A stretch of DNA of 64,000 nucleotides from Cenococcum geophilum (Eukaryota): positions 30,008,001 through 30,072,000 of the forward strand of contig CP158635.1 of the NCBI GenBank assembly GCA_050273025.1. Reading direction: 5' to 3'. Of the stretch, positions 1-12,881 are shown piece by piece. The notes under the pieces were generated by a model. The model saw nothing but the letters and a program-made list of their open reading frames with translations, was not told the DNA's origin and made no database searches. Each line of letters starts with the position of its first letter. The first letter of the stretch is position 1. A program made the translations under genes and the position numbers.

Positions 1-3000
1 ATTTTAGTAACTTTATAATAAAGTCCTATAATATAACCTCCTATAGTCTCTCTAGTATTTTAACAGGTTGTAGCTCTCCGTATAGCTTATACCTTATTAG
101 TTTATTTCTTTAGTAATCTAGATATTCCTTTATAACTTATCTTGTTAGTCCCTAGATTCTATTAATAATATACTCTTCTTAAAGTCTTAATACTAAGCCT
201 ATAGCTCCATTATATCCTTAAGTTAATCCCTTATAAAATATCTTAATAAACTCTTCTGTAATAGACCTTAGCATATATATTATCTCTTAATTTTTGTACT
301 GCTCTAAGTCTAGATCCTCTACCTATATATCTTAGATCTTCTATATTTAATTACTCTCTAGTAAGTTATGGATCTGTTCTTCTCGTGTTACTATAATTTT
401 TAGATAATTATATCTAATTAATCCGTCTGTGTCTTTTTATAACAAAGCCCCTAATAGCTTTTCATCGTTTTATAGTTTAGTTTTTCTGCTTAGCGCGTCA
501 GCTCTCGCATTTTTAGTACCCTTAATATACTAAATTTTAAAATAGTATTCTATAAGTATTTCCGCCTATCTAACCTATCTCTAATTAAGTTCTTTTATTA
601 TTAGGAACCCCATTAGGTTCTTATAATCCGTCTTAACTAAAAATAGTTTTTCTATACCTTGTAAGAATGCTCTTTATTTCTTAAGTGCTATAACTATACC
701 TAATAACTCCTTATTGTAGATGTTATAGTTTAACTCTAGCAGTATTATCTTCCAACTATAGTATGCTACTAGGTGCTATTTATCCTTATATCTCTATAGA
801 AAGCACGCTCCTAGTATATAGTCTAATATATCCGTTTCGACCACTGTCTCTAACTATAGTTAATAGATTTTAAGAACTGGTTCCTAGGCAAACAACTATT
901 TAACTCTCTTAAATAGTTCCTTTTATTCCTCTCCCTATACCCATAGTTCTTCTTTCTTTATTAATTTTGTAAATAGCTTAATATTCTTTAACTATTAAGT
1001 TATAAACCTTCTGCAGTAATTGTAAAACCCTAGGAATAACCTTAACTATATTACATTCTTTAGTTCTTACCAATTTACTATAGCCTCGATCTTTTTGGAT
1101 CTATACTAAGTTAGCCTAGTTTAATAATAAATTTAACAAAATCGGTCTTTTTAGTAAAGAACTCGCATTTCTTAATTACTACTAATATTTATTCTTCTTG
1201 TAGTCTCTTTAAAACCTATTTAACATGTTCCTTATATTCTTCCTTATTTATTAAGTAGATAATAATATTATTGAGGTATACTATAATAAACTTATCTAAG
1301 TGTTCTCTTAATATATTATTAATACGCTTCTAAAATGTTACTAGTGTGTTTATAAGCCTAAATTGTATAACTAGTAGTTTATATAATCCTTCCTTTAACC
1401 TAAAGGCTGCCTTCTATTTATCGCCTTCCTTAATTCTAATCTAATAGTACGCCTACCTTAGATCTATCTTTGTAAAGATTTACATATTACCTATCCTATC
1501 TTAAATTTCGCTAATTAAGGGTAAAGAATACCTATTTTTTTTAGTGATACTGTTTAACTGTCTATAGTTAATGCATAGTCTTAGTTTTCTATTCTTCTTT
1601 AGTATGAATAGTACTAGATAACCTACTAATGACTGCGATGGTCTAATATATCCCTTTTAAAGATTCTTCTAGATAAACTCTTTTAGTGCTCTACTTTCTT
1701 CTTCGGTAAGCTTATAAATTGGAAAAAACCTTAGACTTATTCCCTCTTCTAATTCTATCTTATAGTCCCATGCTATATATTCTAACAGCTTTTCACTTTC
1801 TAGTAACTATAACTTTTTGCTATATTTATGGTATCTCTTTAGTACATAACTTAATCCTTAATTAGTTTCTTTATATATTGCTCCAACTTAGTACCATACT
1901 AACTTAGTTTATTATTATATCTTACGTTATTATATATCTCTAATATTAACCTAACCTATAACCCAATTAATCTTTAGATTGTATTTTTATAACTAAAGTA
2001 TTCCTAATACTACCTTATCGTTCCCTAATAGTAATATATTAAAAGACATCTTAATTTATCTCCCTTTAATAGTTATCTAAATAGGTCCTGTTTTGAGATT
2101 AATAATGCCTCCTCTATAGGCTATTAGATCTCCTAAAATTGTAATTAATAGATAAGGGTGCTCCTTTTATCTATATAGTAGCCTTATCCTTTTTACTGCT
2201 ATTAGTGAGATATAGTTCCTTATTGCTCTACTATCTACTAATGCTTCGAACTGTTAATCTTACCATTTAACTTATAAATTTAGGTGTCGTCCTTAAATTC
2301 CTTTAAGGGTTTAAGGCTCTACTACTAGTTTCCCCTAGTCCCGTAAGCCTCTACTTTTCCTAACTATTAGCTGCTAGATCCTGTTTATACTTAGTCTACT
2401 TTTAGCTAATACTTTATTTACTTTTTATACTTAATATGCCATAAATAGGTATTCTCTAGACATTCCCACTACTGTTATCTATCTAGGCATTCTTCTGTAA
2501 GGAATCTTCCTAGTTAAAGTATTAAGTCTCCTAACTCTTAAACTTCTACTAAATGCCAGCCGTGTATATACTTAGCATTTCTATATTATTGCTTATCTAG
2601 CGCCTAATATATCCTTATAGGGTATTTCCGGTTCTTTTCTTTTGGATTTTTGTGTATCTTATATATATCGTCTACGTATGCAATCTATAATAGCGTATAG
2701 TGTACTAAGTGCTTTAGGTTAACTCTTAACTTGTCTTTATCTTTAAGTTTAAACCTTTATTATATTAATATGAACATTGTGACCTTATTCGCAGGTACTA
2801 AGATACGTTTATTGCTTCTCCAGTTCTCTAATTATTCCTTTAGATTTTTTAACGTTATAATTAAGGCTCCCTTGATATAATTTATTGCTTTTTCCGTAAT
2901 TAGGTGGTCTTAGATAACTCTTTCGTCTAACTATATATAGAAATCTTCCCACTTATTATTATATCGTTGCCTATACCACTTTTAGTACAGCTGCTAGAGT

Positions 3001-5807
3001 ATATACGGCTTGTCCGTAAGGAAGTATCTTCTTATTACTGCATTATAACAGCCTTTTATATGCCGTTCCTTAAACCTAGTTAGAATCCCTAGATCCTCTT
3101 CTTATTCTAGTTCGGTAAGCTACTTAGCTCTTAGCGTGCCCGTTCTTAGCCCATTAGTAATTCTTTATACTAGTGCTCTATTTTATATACAACCTAGTGT
3201 GCTAGATCTTATATCTAGTTTCTTTTCTTACTATATAAGGATTCTTGCTCTAAACTCGTCTATAGTTTCTTGTTGCTTATATCTCGTAATTAAATCCTTA
3301 AAGCTCCCTTACTTATTAATCGCGGTATTAACTTTTTAATCTTTAGTCTAAACACTATATTCTACTAGTAAATCCTTTAGGTTTATATATCTGTCTTTTA
3401 GTCTAATTACTATTTATATTATAGATTCTCTAATCTATAGCGAAGCCTCTTACCTCTTACCTATAGGTGTCCTTATTCGTACTCCGAATTCTTAGTTCCT
3501 TAGATTCTTTAATCCTAAGCTTACTTCTATCTTAAGCTGTGTTCTAGCCTTAGTTTAACTAGGCTTTACTAGTATTCTTATCTCGTCTTAAGAGTCTTAA
3601 ATCTTACTTATCTCGTCTTAAGAGTCTTATGCCTTTAGGAAACTTCGTTCTAAGCTTATTTATATATTACTAAACTAAGCTGTTGCTCTGCTCTATTAGT
3701 TGTTGTTTATTATAGGTCCCTAAGCATACCTTATCTCGTCTTAAGAATCTTAAGCCTTTGGCCTTTTACCTTTATTAAGTAGTAAGCTAGCACTAGCAGT
3801 CGTCTACTTACTTAATCGTTTTTAGATATTACTCCTTCCGTCTTATAAAGCAATGGATGCCGTATCTAATGGTATTATAATACCCGTTACTAAACCTTGC
3901 TTTATAGTGGTCTTAGTCTCTACTTCTATTGTGTTATTAAGGTTTAAATACCCCCAGTTAATTCCTTTACTATCCTCGTCGCTGTTAATTAATAAGTACT
4001 CTAACTCCATTATTATTATTGCTAATCTTTATCCGCACGTTACTGTAATATCTTAATTTAGCTTATAGAGTTAATTTTATTCTTTATCTAACTCTTTAGT
4101 TCCCTTAAGTTCTTTTAACTCTAGCTCTTATAGCTAATAGCTTACACTATACTTAGCGTCTTTATAAATTTAGCATGTGTTATTATAATAGAACGCAAAA
4201 CTTCTAATTAAACATTCTTTTATTCCTTGTAGTACATTATCGTCCCTCTATACGTATGTATTATATACTATTAGTCTAGTTCCCCTTACTATATAGTAAC
4301 TCTAACCAGCTCTATAGTCTCTAGCGAAATAACCCTATTTTCTGTAATTTATATAAGCTCCGTCTTTAAACTATTAACTTTGCTATAAAGTCCGCTTAAA
4401 CGTCTTCTGCTGCTAAGATCCCTGGTTTAGCCTATGCTCCTTAGTTCTGTAATTACTTAATCCTTAACCTTTAAGTTTTTATAGTTTCTTACTCCATCTC
4501 TTATAGGTTTCTTTAGTACTACTTAAGTCTATTAGCTCTGTGCTATACTATAGTTTCTAACTTAGCTTTAGTTATTGCGTGCTCTATATCTTATATAACT
4601 ATAAAACTCTATCCTAACCCTTCTTAATCTGTTCCCTTTAGTAGATCCTATTATTAATCTTTATTACTTAATTTATTAGTTCCCTTAGGGTGTCCGCATC
4701 TTCCATTAGGATAATTACATCCTAGACTTTAGCCTTAAGTCCCTATTTATACTGTGCTATAAGCGCCTTATTATTTTACTTAACTTATATTACTAGCGTT
4801 TAGAACTGCGTTGTGTACTTAATTACTAAGGTTCGTTGCATAATGCTTTAGAGTTTTTCTTCCGCTATGGTTATCGCCTCTAAATCTCCGAATATTTATA
4901 TAAGTTGCTCCGCGAACCCTCCCTAACTTAAGAATATAAACTATACTTCTTAGTTTATAGTCGTTATTCTGTTTACTTATATCTCTATAAGGTAAGGCTT
5001 AAACTATTTAAGTGCTCTTCCTAATAAGAATAATCCTATATACGCTACTTAATTTATAGGTGTTAGTAGCTTAGCTCCCTCTTATAAAACCTTAAAGTAT
5101 ATTTACGTAAGGAATCCTTTAAACTTTAATCTCTTAATTAATAGTAGCTTAATCTTTACTACTCCTATCCTATTAATCCTATTTTTAAGTGTCGTATTAT
5201 TTTCTGTTAGCTAGTTAACTATCTCTTATAACTATCCTACCGTTATAGGTTGTTATAAGTTAGTGTCCGCCATACTAATGTCGTTTCCTAATTTTAAAGT
5301 AGTTGCCGCCGTTAATAGCGTTATAGTGGCTGCTTTTGGTAGTATATTGTTCGACTTATTAAAACCGTAACTGTGGTAGTAATTGTGTAACGGAGCCTTA
5401 TAGTAGGAACTACGGTGGACTCGTTAATAGGCTAGGTATATAGGTATTGCAAGTAAGTTAATAACGTAATAATAACTAGTGGAGTAGTTGCCTAATAGAT
5501 TAACTCCAATTATATTCTGAGAATTACTATAAAGAAGGAACTATCTAGGTAGGGACCAAGGGTCCTTAAATATATAACTGTACTCCTATAAAATCCTTCT
5601 TATACGTAATGTACGTGTTATACGTATTGTATATGGCCGTATAATACGTATACTGCGTATACTACGTATAACATTATATGACTTGCTTACCACTCTTCGT
5701 TACATAGTTCTACCAGTTCTATCCTAAACCGTGCTTGTATTAACCAACTAGCTTCTTCCGACTCCTCTCTTAGTAGTCGTAACATCGTACTTAAAGCGTC
5801 CGTAATA
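1..5807 (-). mobile_element. Ty3/Gypsy LTR retrotransposon, family A copy 1 (RIP-degenerate; 5' LTR 5386-5807; 3' part outside window)
   Basis: Minus-strand relics of gag, protease, RT, RNase H and integrase, colinear with the copies at 37.6-48.7 kb and 56-62 kb. LTR runs TGTAACGG...GTCCGTAATA and is homologous to 48680-49060. Many TAA/TAG stops and TpA excess. Confidence 0.9.
5386..5807 (-). repeat. 5' LTR of Gypsy family A copy 1
   Basis: Similar along its length to the LTRs at 24441-24617+30295-30540 and 48680-49060. Confidence 0.85.
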
Positions 5808-8800
5808 TTAACGCCTTACTAAAAGGCCTTAGGCTTTAGGCGCCCATACTAGGACTTTAAGCACTTATTTACTTTAACAATATTAGCTTTAAGATAATTA
5901 TAAAAGTTAGTAATAAGGTGTTTTACAGAGCTAAATACTCTCTTATATTTAGCGCTTATAAGTAATATAGCTAGTATATTAAGAGTAAATTAGGTAAGCT
6001 TTAGCTATAAGAAATATAGCAAATTTTAATAAGCCAGAGGATCTAAATTAGGTTCCAGCTCTACTTATATATAGCTTTAGTAGGCGTTAGCTTTTATAAG
6101 GGGTATATATTTAACTTACTTATATAAATATAGCCTACTAAAAGTCTCGCTAGGTGTATACTCTGTAGTAAATAACTGCTAAGCGGCTATAGTGGTATAT
6201 TTACCTTTATATTCCTCCTACTAGAGCTTCTTTATAAGGCCTTATATACTAAGATCTTTAGGATTCTTAGGGTTGCTATAAAGCCAATATTTCCTCTTTT
6301 TATTGCCCTTAAATTATTACTTAAACTACACCTACTTCTTATCTGGAAAAAGAACTTGCGCAGTATAATAGGCAGCGCTCTTATCCGCATACTTATAGTA
6401 TTACTTATACTTCTCCTATAAAGTAAAAGCTAAAGCTTCTAAGTAGGTGTATTTCTTACTATTACTATACTTCTCTTATAGTTCTTTAAAATCTTTCTTT
6501 ATATTAAATAGATATCTAAAAAGCTAATCTATTATAGTAAACCAGCGGTAAAGCGTATATTTATGGCCCTAGCTATATATAGTTACCTTATAGAAGGGTT
6601 ATAGTACAAATAAGAGCTTTTTAAGTAGGAACCAGTGGTAATTTATAAGGGTGTTATTTTCTATACCTTTGCCGCGTTTTAGTATATAGTTATTATAGAA
6701 GTTTTAGATACGTTATTTATAGTTAATAGTATATATAATAGAGCTAAAGTACAAGTTCCACTGGGTTAAATTGCTTTAAATTAACTATAGAGTAAAAAGT
6801 TAGAATATTAATAATATTGCGACTATAGATAGTGTAAGCTTTGCAGTGTGGGTATTGAACGAGCAACTTAATTGTAAATCTATGGAAATCAAGTGGTATA
6901 AATACATGAAAGTAGACCCCTAACTCCGGAACCTATGACTCATATCAAACGTATCCGAGACATACGAGGGTAGTGCTGACGCAGGTGAAACAGGGTAATA
7001 TGCAAGGTCCGGTAGTCGGTTACAGATAGCCTAGGGAAATAGATAATCTAGCGCTATACTTAATTAAACTCCTATCTTATTACGTTATAGAGAGGCAGTA
7101 ATAGGACTTACCTTAAGCTAATTAAACTCTACCCACTCTCCACTAATTATAATTCTCTTAAACTCCTTATAACGCTATAGCGACAATCCTAATATACCTT
7201 ATTATATTATATAGTTAACTAAGCGCTCCTTACTTTCTCTAAATTGCCGTAATAGCGTTAAAATTCCGCCTACTATACGCCAACTTAAGCTCCTCTAAAG
7301 TAGTATCCGTAGTTTTGCCTAGAAAAAAGGCCTAGGTAGCTAAGTTAACTATATAGCTAAAATACTAAATATAATAATGTTTCCGCTACTTAGCTATTAT
7401 TTAGGGGTAGAGAGTTTTAAGAATTAAGTTAATAGCTATATTATTACTTAACGCGTTATTAAGCATAAAATACCTAAAATAACTACTAATTCTATACTTA
7501 CTAATTATATTAAGAACTATCTAGGCTATATTAGCGCCGCTATACTTTCCCTCTAGCTATTATAATCTAAGAAGCTTTACCTAGCGTACTCTATCGCAAT
7601 TAATATAATAGGTAACTATTATTATAATAGCGTAGTAATTTGGTAATATCTATAAGTTAAAGGATAAATAAATACTTAATTAAGCTTGGTATAAGTCCTC
7701 CTATAGTTATTTCTTCTATTTTTTAAACTCTCCTATTACCTATTTACGTACTATATTTCGCGTAAAAAGCAATTTAGTAAGGCTTTTATTTATATGCTAA
7801 ATTAATTTAATAAAATAGGCGTTTTTAATCTAGTAAAATGTAACGTAATAGTATACGAGCCATTAAATTAGTAGAAGCTTAAAAGCTTTAAACTAAGCCT
7901 TTTAAATATAATCCTACTGCTTAACAAATTTTATAATTGCGCCTTTAAGGGGAATTATTTTACTATAGTAATTAATGCAATAGGACCGTTTCCAATAGCC
8001 TAATACTGTTAAATTACTATTAAGCGCTATCCTAAAATTAGTTAATATCTATATAAGAGTAGGGCGACTTACTAAGAGGCTTATACTTTAGGTCCTTCTT
8101 CTAATCTAGGTGGTAGCAGTAGTAGTAATATTAAACGCCTATAGCTTTGTAAACTATTATATATCCCTTCTCTTCCTCCTATATATATAACTTCTTTATA
8201 TAGCCTCCACGCTTCCTTATAACCTTATTATAATACTTATACTATTAGCTATAGACTTTAAATCGCTTTTATTAAGAGGCCTAGCTTATTATAGGCTCTG
8301 GCGCGAAGTTAGACTTAATTTTATAATAGGTAAGAGGCTCCACCGGAGCTTTATCTAGCTTTATCTTTTAACGCTTTCTTTTTTAACTTTAAGAAGACTA
8401 ATAGGCGCGCTTTTTAGGGACGGCAGGAGCCTTACCCGTAGAGCGGCTACTACCTATAAAACTACTACCTCTACTACGCGATAATTGACTAGTTAAAATA
8501 AAGGCCTTTATTAAGTTAACGGTAGGTAGAAATAAGGGCAATTAGCAATAAGGATAAAGCAATAAGGGCGACGTAATAAGGACGTAATGTATAAATAGGC
8601 TCTTAAGTTAGTAAGGGGGTAAACTTTAATAGTTAAATGGCTCTAGCTCTTGTTATACGTGGCGCCCTTACCCAAAATCTTAACACCAAGGCTCTATACT
8701 AACTTAATTGGTTTAGGTGGTTAACCGGTTAAGCGGAATTTTCTATAACCAACCAATCGCAAGCCAAAAAAAGCTCCAACCGGTTGCGATTTTGGAAGCG

Positions 8801-8847
8801 TAACCAACCAACCAACCAAAACTTCAACCAGACCAGTGACATCACTG
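5808..8847 (-). mobile_element. hAT-family DNA transposon 1 (RIP-degenerate transposase pseudogene; 3' end displaced by Gypsy insertion)
   Basis: Minus-strand relic motifs YFMLNNALSNN (~7400; DNAxxN), a CxxH-like block (~7350), TQWN (TRWN-like, ~6760) and the dimerization domain LNILAILLISAKYKRVFSSVK (~5930-5990). Terminus CAGTGATGTCACTG at 8847 with subterminal (AACC)n repeats at 8700-8830. Confidence 0.8.
6833..7024. mobile_element. Solo LTR (192 bp) inserted in hAT-1
   Basis: TGTAA...TTACA termini, 5-bp TSD GATAG on both sides (6828-6832, 7025-7029). Composition not RIP-depleted. Confidence 0.85.
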
Positions 8848-11800
8848 ATAAGACCTTGGTTTAGTTAACGATAGGTCGGTCTGCCTGGCCCATGACTTAT
8901 GAATCGCATTTTAGACTGTAGAAGTTAATACTAACCCTACTTAACTCTGATAACACGACACAATGTGCAAAGCCACTCTTATTGAGTGACATCGACTCAT
9001 AGATCACAGCAGCTGCTCTATAACCGAGTGTGTTCGAAATGCTACAGACTTTAAGGCAGCCAAGCTTTGTTGATTATTGTAAGATTGAAGACACTTTCGT
9101 TCAAGGAAGCGTGGACTGAGCGAATGAGCTTTCGCAATACTTGACGCGAGACGTAAACGATCGAGACAAGGGGAATGAAGCATGCCAGCCGCTACATGTT
9201 GAGAAGAACTTACCGTCAAGATAGTGAAGAAGGAAAGATAGGGTTTCTTTTCCACTTTGAAAATATGAGCGACATCTAAGACTAAGCCAGCTTTCTCAAT
9301 TAGCTTTCATAGACGTCATGATAAGAGCAAATCCTCTCTTCTTCTGAGTATGGAGATGCGGCCCTTCGCGTACTGATACAACTGATGTGCAACGAGCAAT
9401 CATTTTGTGCCTTCTCATTTTACAATGAAACCTTTAGTTCAAGGCTAGAGAGACATTCCTACGCTAGGACCCACCGTCTCTCCTCTAAGGAACCACATTC
9501 CAAGCTCTTTTCTTGACTTTGCTGCGGTTCATCTCCTCCTATTACTTTTTTCATCTGTCGATAGCTTCGTCTAAAGTAACTTCCCGCAATCCCCACAAGC
9601 CTACGCCACATACTTTTTCCGCTCAGGCTGGACAAACGACCATCACCAACGTTATAGGTATTCTACGACAAGATGCGGCACTTCCCGGCCCCTTCGGAGT
9701 GTTGTACTCCCGAGAGCGGTGAGAGAAAATTCTATGTGTGAGGCGCTACGGCACTGCCCGTGCCGCTCCTCCAATCTTCCGCCTTTAAACACCGGGCCTG
9801 AAATTAGTATAGTCGAAACGCAGGACTGCCCTGTCTCAAAGTCCATCACATGCACAAAAGCAGTGCTGGTGGCTTTCAGAAAACGTGTGCTTGAGGTCCC
9901 CGTGATGGGAAATGTGATGTGATGAGATTTGAGTTGGCGCCCGGGATGCTGGCGTCACACTGTGTTTTTTTTCTGGGAGGTGGGACGGCACATCTGCGAA
10001 CTTCATTCGCTTGGCGCACCACGCTTTAGGCCAGGCGACAGGGGAAGTCGAACTTTAAGCTTGCGCTGATAAAAATCCTGTCAAGACGTTTTGTGTTAAA
10101 CTGTTCTGTTAGAAAGGTTTCCCGAGCATTCGGGTCAGCTTTTGACGTATTTGCGTCGCCGGTTTGCGCGTTAAGAAAAGGCGGAGAGCCTTGGCTGAGG
10201 TTGGTTAGCGCATCAGCTTAGGTTTGTTATACTAGCTAGTATAACACTTAACGGTGCGCTCCGTAAGCTGTGATTGATAGCGGCAGGCCAATGCAATACC
10301 TTGAAGAACGGGCGCATACTCGGTCGCGTGCTGGCCAGCCTGGATGATTTCGGGCGGCTCATGATAGTCATGGTAGTGCTGATCAGTGGAGTTTTCCAGC
10401 CGGTATGGGTGCAATGGTTGCAATGGTTGCGTGGCCCTGTGTTATCGAAGCTGAAGGGCGGGGGATGGCGGCATAGCTGAAACGAAAATTCCAATCCTTC
10501 CCTAGCACGACGTTGATATTGAGGGTTGACTGGTCGCATAAAGCTAAACATGCTCTGCTTACCCGATTCGGGGCGGGCCATTAGACGTTGCGAGCAGGTC
10601 ACGATGTACTACGCCTGGGGAGTATTGGATTTCGGGCACCCCGCGCATAGCGGCAGCCGCCCAATAAATCGCCAGGAATCTAGCACTCCTTCTGGCGTAT
10701 GTGATTGTGGAACATTGGGCTCTCTCGACAGATGACAGCAACGCCTCGGGATCTTGGGTTAAGCCATAACTTACCACGAGCCCGGCTCCTAACGGCGGTA
10801 CGTGCCGGCAGGTACAGGATAGCATTGGGTACCGCCATCAGGGGCCCAACACCATGCTGCTCATGACTCGCAAACAACGCCAGATGGTGTGGTCAACATC
10901 CCACGCGAGATGAAAGACGGGGGCTTGTGAGGCATAGGCGTGGGGGTCACTTTGCTGGGTAAGTTGAGATTGAGCAGGGTTGAGGCTGATCTTCATGCCC
11001 TGCATGCAAGGTCTAGCAGGGGACTGTATTGGTAATGGATCAGGTACGAGTAAGGAGTGTGCTAGTTGCGGAGGAGGCAGCTTAGTAGACAGATAACTAG
11101 AACCGAAAGGACCCGAGGTGCGTGTGTGCGAGAAGCGCAATATGCGCGGCACGCATTCCGGTGAAGTCTGCTTTCAGGTATCGTGAGTTACGCTGCGGTC
11201 TCGGCCAGGTTTGGGTTATGCACTTTAGATGCACGATATGAGGCGTGGGTGGGGCATGGGGGTTTGAGCATTTTGAGCAAGTTTCGTTAGATGAGCTGGA
11301 CGATTGCGCTGATTTGAGGTTGGAAAGGTTTACGCCCCGTCCACTTTAATATCGCGTCTGGAACTTCACGATGTTGGCTGACGTTGGAGTTTTGCAAGGA
11401 GCTTGCAGGGATGTAAGCTTTTGCGACAAGTCACGAGGAGACTTGGGTAATAGGCTGTGAGGTTGCAACAGGTACACGCCACTATCATGATACTTTATTG
11501 GCGGAAAGAGGAAATTGCGATGGATAGGCATTTCTATGTCTCATTATATAATTATTTTCGTGGTTACTAATAGCTATAATAGGCGGGGTCATGGAGGGGT
11601 AAATCGCGGCGTTCAGACCAAAAATAGACAAGTTTGGGGTATTTTCCACGTTTTCCCATCCGACGATAAAAACTCCGATATGGCCCAATTCACTCAATCT
11701 GCCAGGTAGATCCATCCCTCGCGCCAGCTGATGCAGAAAGCAGAAAGTGGCAGTGAAAACAAGGATCCAAAAAGTCGCTGATGTATTACAAGACTGTGTG

Positions 11801-12538
11801 GGGTCCGAAAAGAAAACTAGGCCTCCCCTCCGGCCTTCAACGCAACCTAATGCATCCTTGCATCCGAGCCAGCGGGTGTTCAAGGACAAGAAAGAGTCAG
11901 ACAAAGAAAGTTGAGTCAGAGATAAAGCTGATGCAAGGCTATAGCAGCGGTAAACGAAGACAGTGATTGGCCGTCCACCGGGACGATGAACCGCTAGAGA
12001 GAATAAGCAGGCAAGGCAGCATCGATGATATGCAGCGAGTAAGGCTGTGATGCAGATGCGAAAGCTGCGTGGAAATGTGCTTGGCTGCTTCTCCGGCAAA
12101 ATTTGGTGGAGGTGGACGTGTGACAGCTGCTGCAGGGATGTCCTGCAGGAGATATAGCCAATCATGAGACCCAATATCGATCGTAGTCGCAATGCAAATG
12201 CAAATGCATCAATGCGGCACAACACTTAGCAAGATCGCCTGCTTTCCAAGTTTCGGGAGCTGCCTTTGTTTTCTTGCAGTTGGAGCTGGCCCTTCAGACT
12301 TTCAAATTAGGGAGTTTATTGATTGCGAGCTTGCGACATAACAGGCGAAGAGTGTTGCTCGCAGCGCTGAAACGCTGGGCTGTACGAGCAATAGAGGACA
12401 GATACAGATGGACCGGAGACCATGATTTAATGGGAGTATCCAGGTCGAGCAAAGGTGAGAATTAGTGACGATGTGCCAACGCCGATGGGATTGAAGCGAT
12501 GTAGAATTGACGAGTTCATAACCAGGGAAAAGGCCCAC

Positions 12539-12616
12539 TTATTTGGTCGGCACCGGAGGAAGAGGTCGGGTAGGTGGTGGGCCGGGGCAAGGAGGAAGGT
12601 TGGCAGTAGACATCAT
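12539..12616 (-). CDS. Putative 25-aa proline-rich micropeptide MMSTANLPPCPGPPPTRPLPPVPTK
   Basis: ATG at 12616, TAA at 12539-12541. First AUG after a CATAAATA box (12874-12881) and an AUG-free C/A-rich leader. Contains RPLPPVP. Followed by about 1 kb of 3'UTR-like sequence. Confidence 0.6.
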   Translation of the reverse strand: MMSTANLPPCPGPPPTRPLPPVPTK

Positions 12617-12829
12617 GAATGCGGTTGTCGATTGCAATTGAGTAGGACCAGACCGTACCGGTGGGTATCGAGGCTGTCAAAGTGAGGAGAGGCGCTTTGG
12701 TTGAGAGTAGGCTGTAGGAGTTGTGCGAGTTGTGCGGTTACTGGGGATGGCGGATAGTAGTTTGGATGTATTAGATATAAATATCTGAGGCGCTTCCACA
12801 ATGTACTTGAAAGTAGCGTGTCCGAGTTT

Positions 12830-12881
12830 GTGATGAAACAGAGGGCAGTGAGGGGGCCGGACGGGGAGCGAGGTATTTATG
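12830..12881 (-). promoter_or_regulatory. Candidate core promoter (CATAAATA plus pyrimidine-rich tract) of the micropeptide gene
   Basis: Minus strand CATAAATACCTCGCTCCCCGTCCGGCCCCCTCACTGCCCTCTG, a TATA-like box followed by a CT-rich stretch typical of fungal core promoters. Confidence 0.35.

Noticed and set aside
3136..4056. Short hydrophobic ORFs in AT-rich blocks (also 35062, 40001, 42028, 46572, 47091)
   Set aside because: Chance frames in RIP-mutated retroelement DNA; the I/L/Y/S richness is a compositional artefact.
11485..12225. 246-aa minus-strand ORF
   Set aside because: Non-ATG start and no recognisable motifs. The sequence reads like the 3'UTR of the micropeptide transcript.
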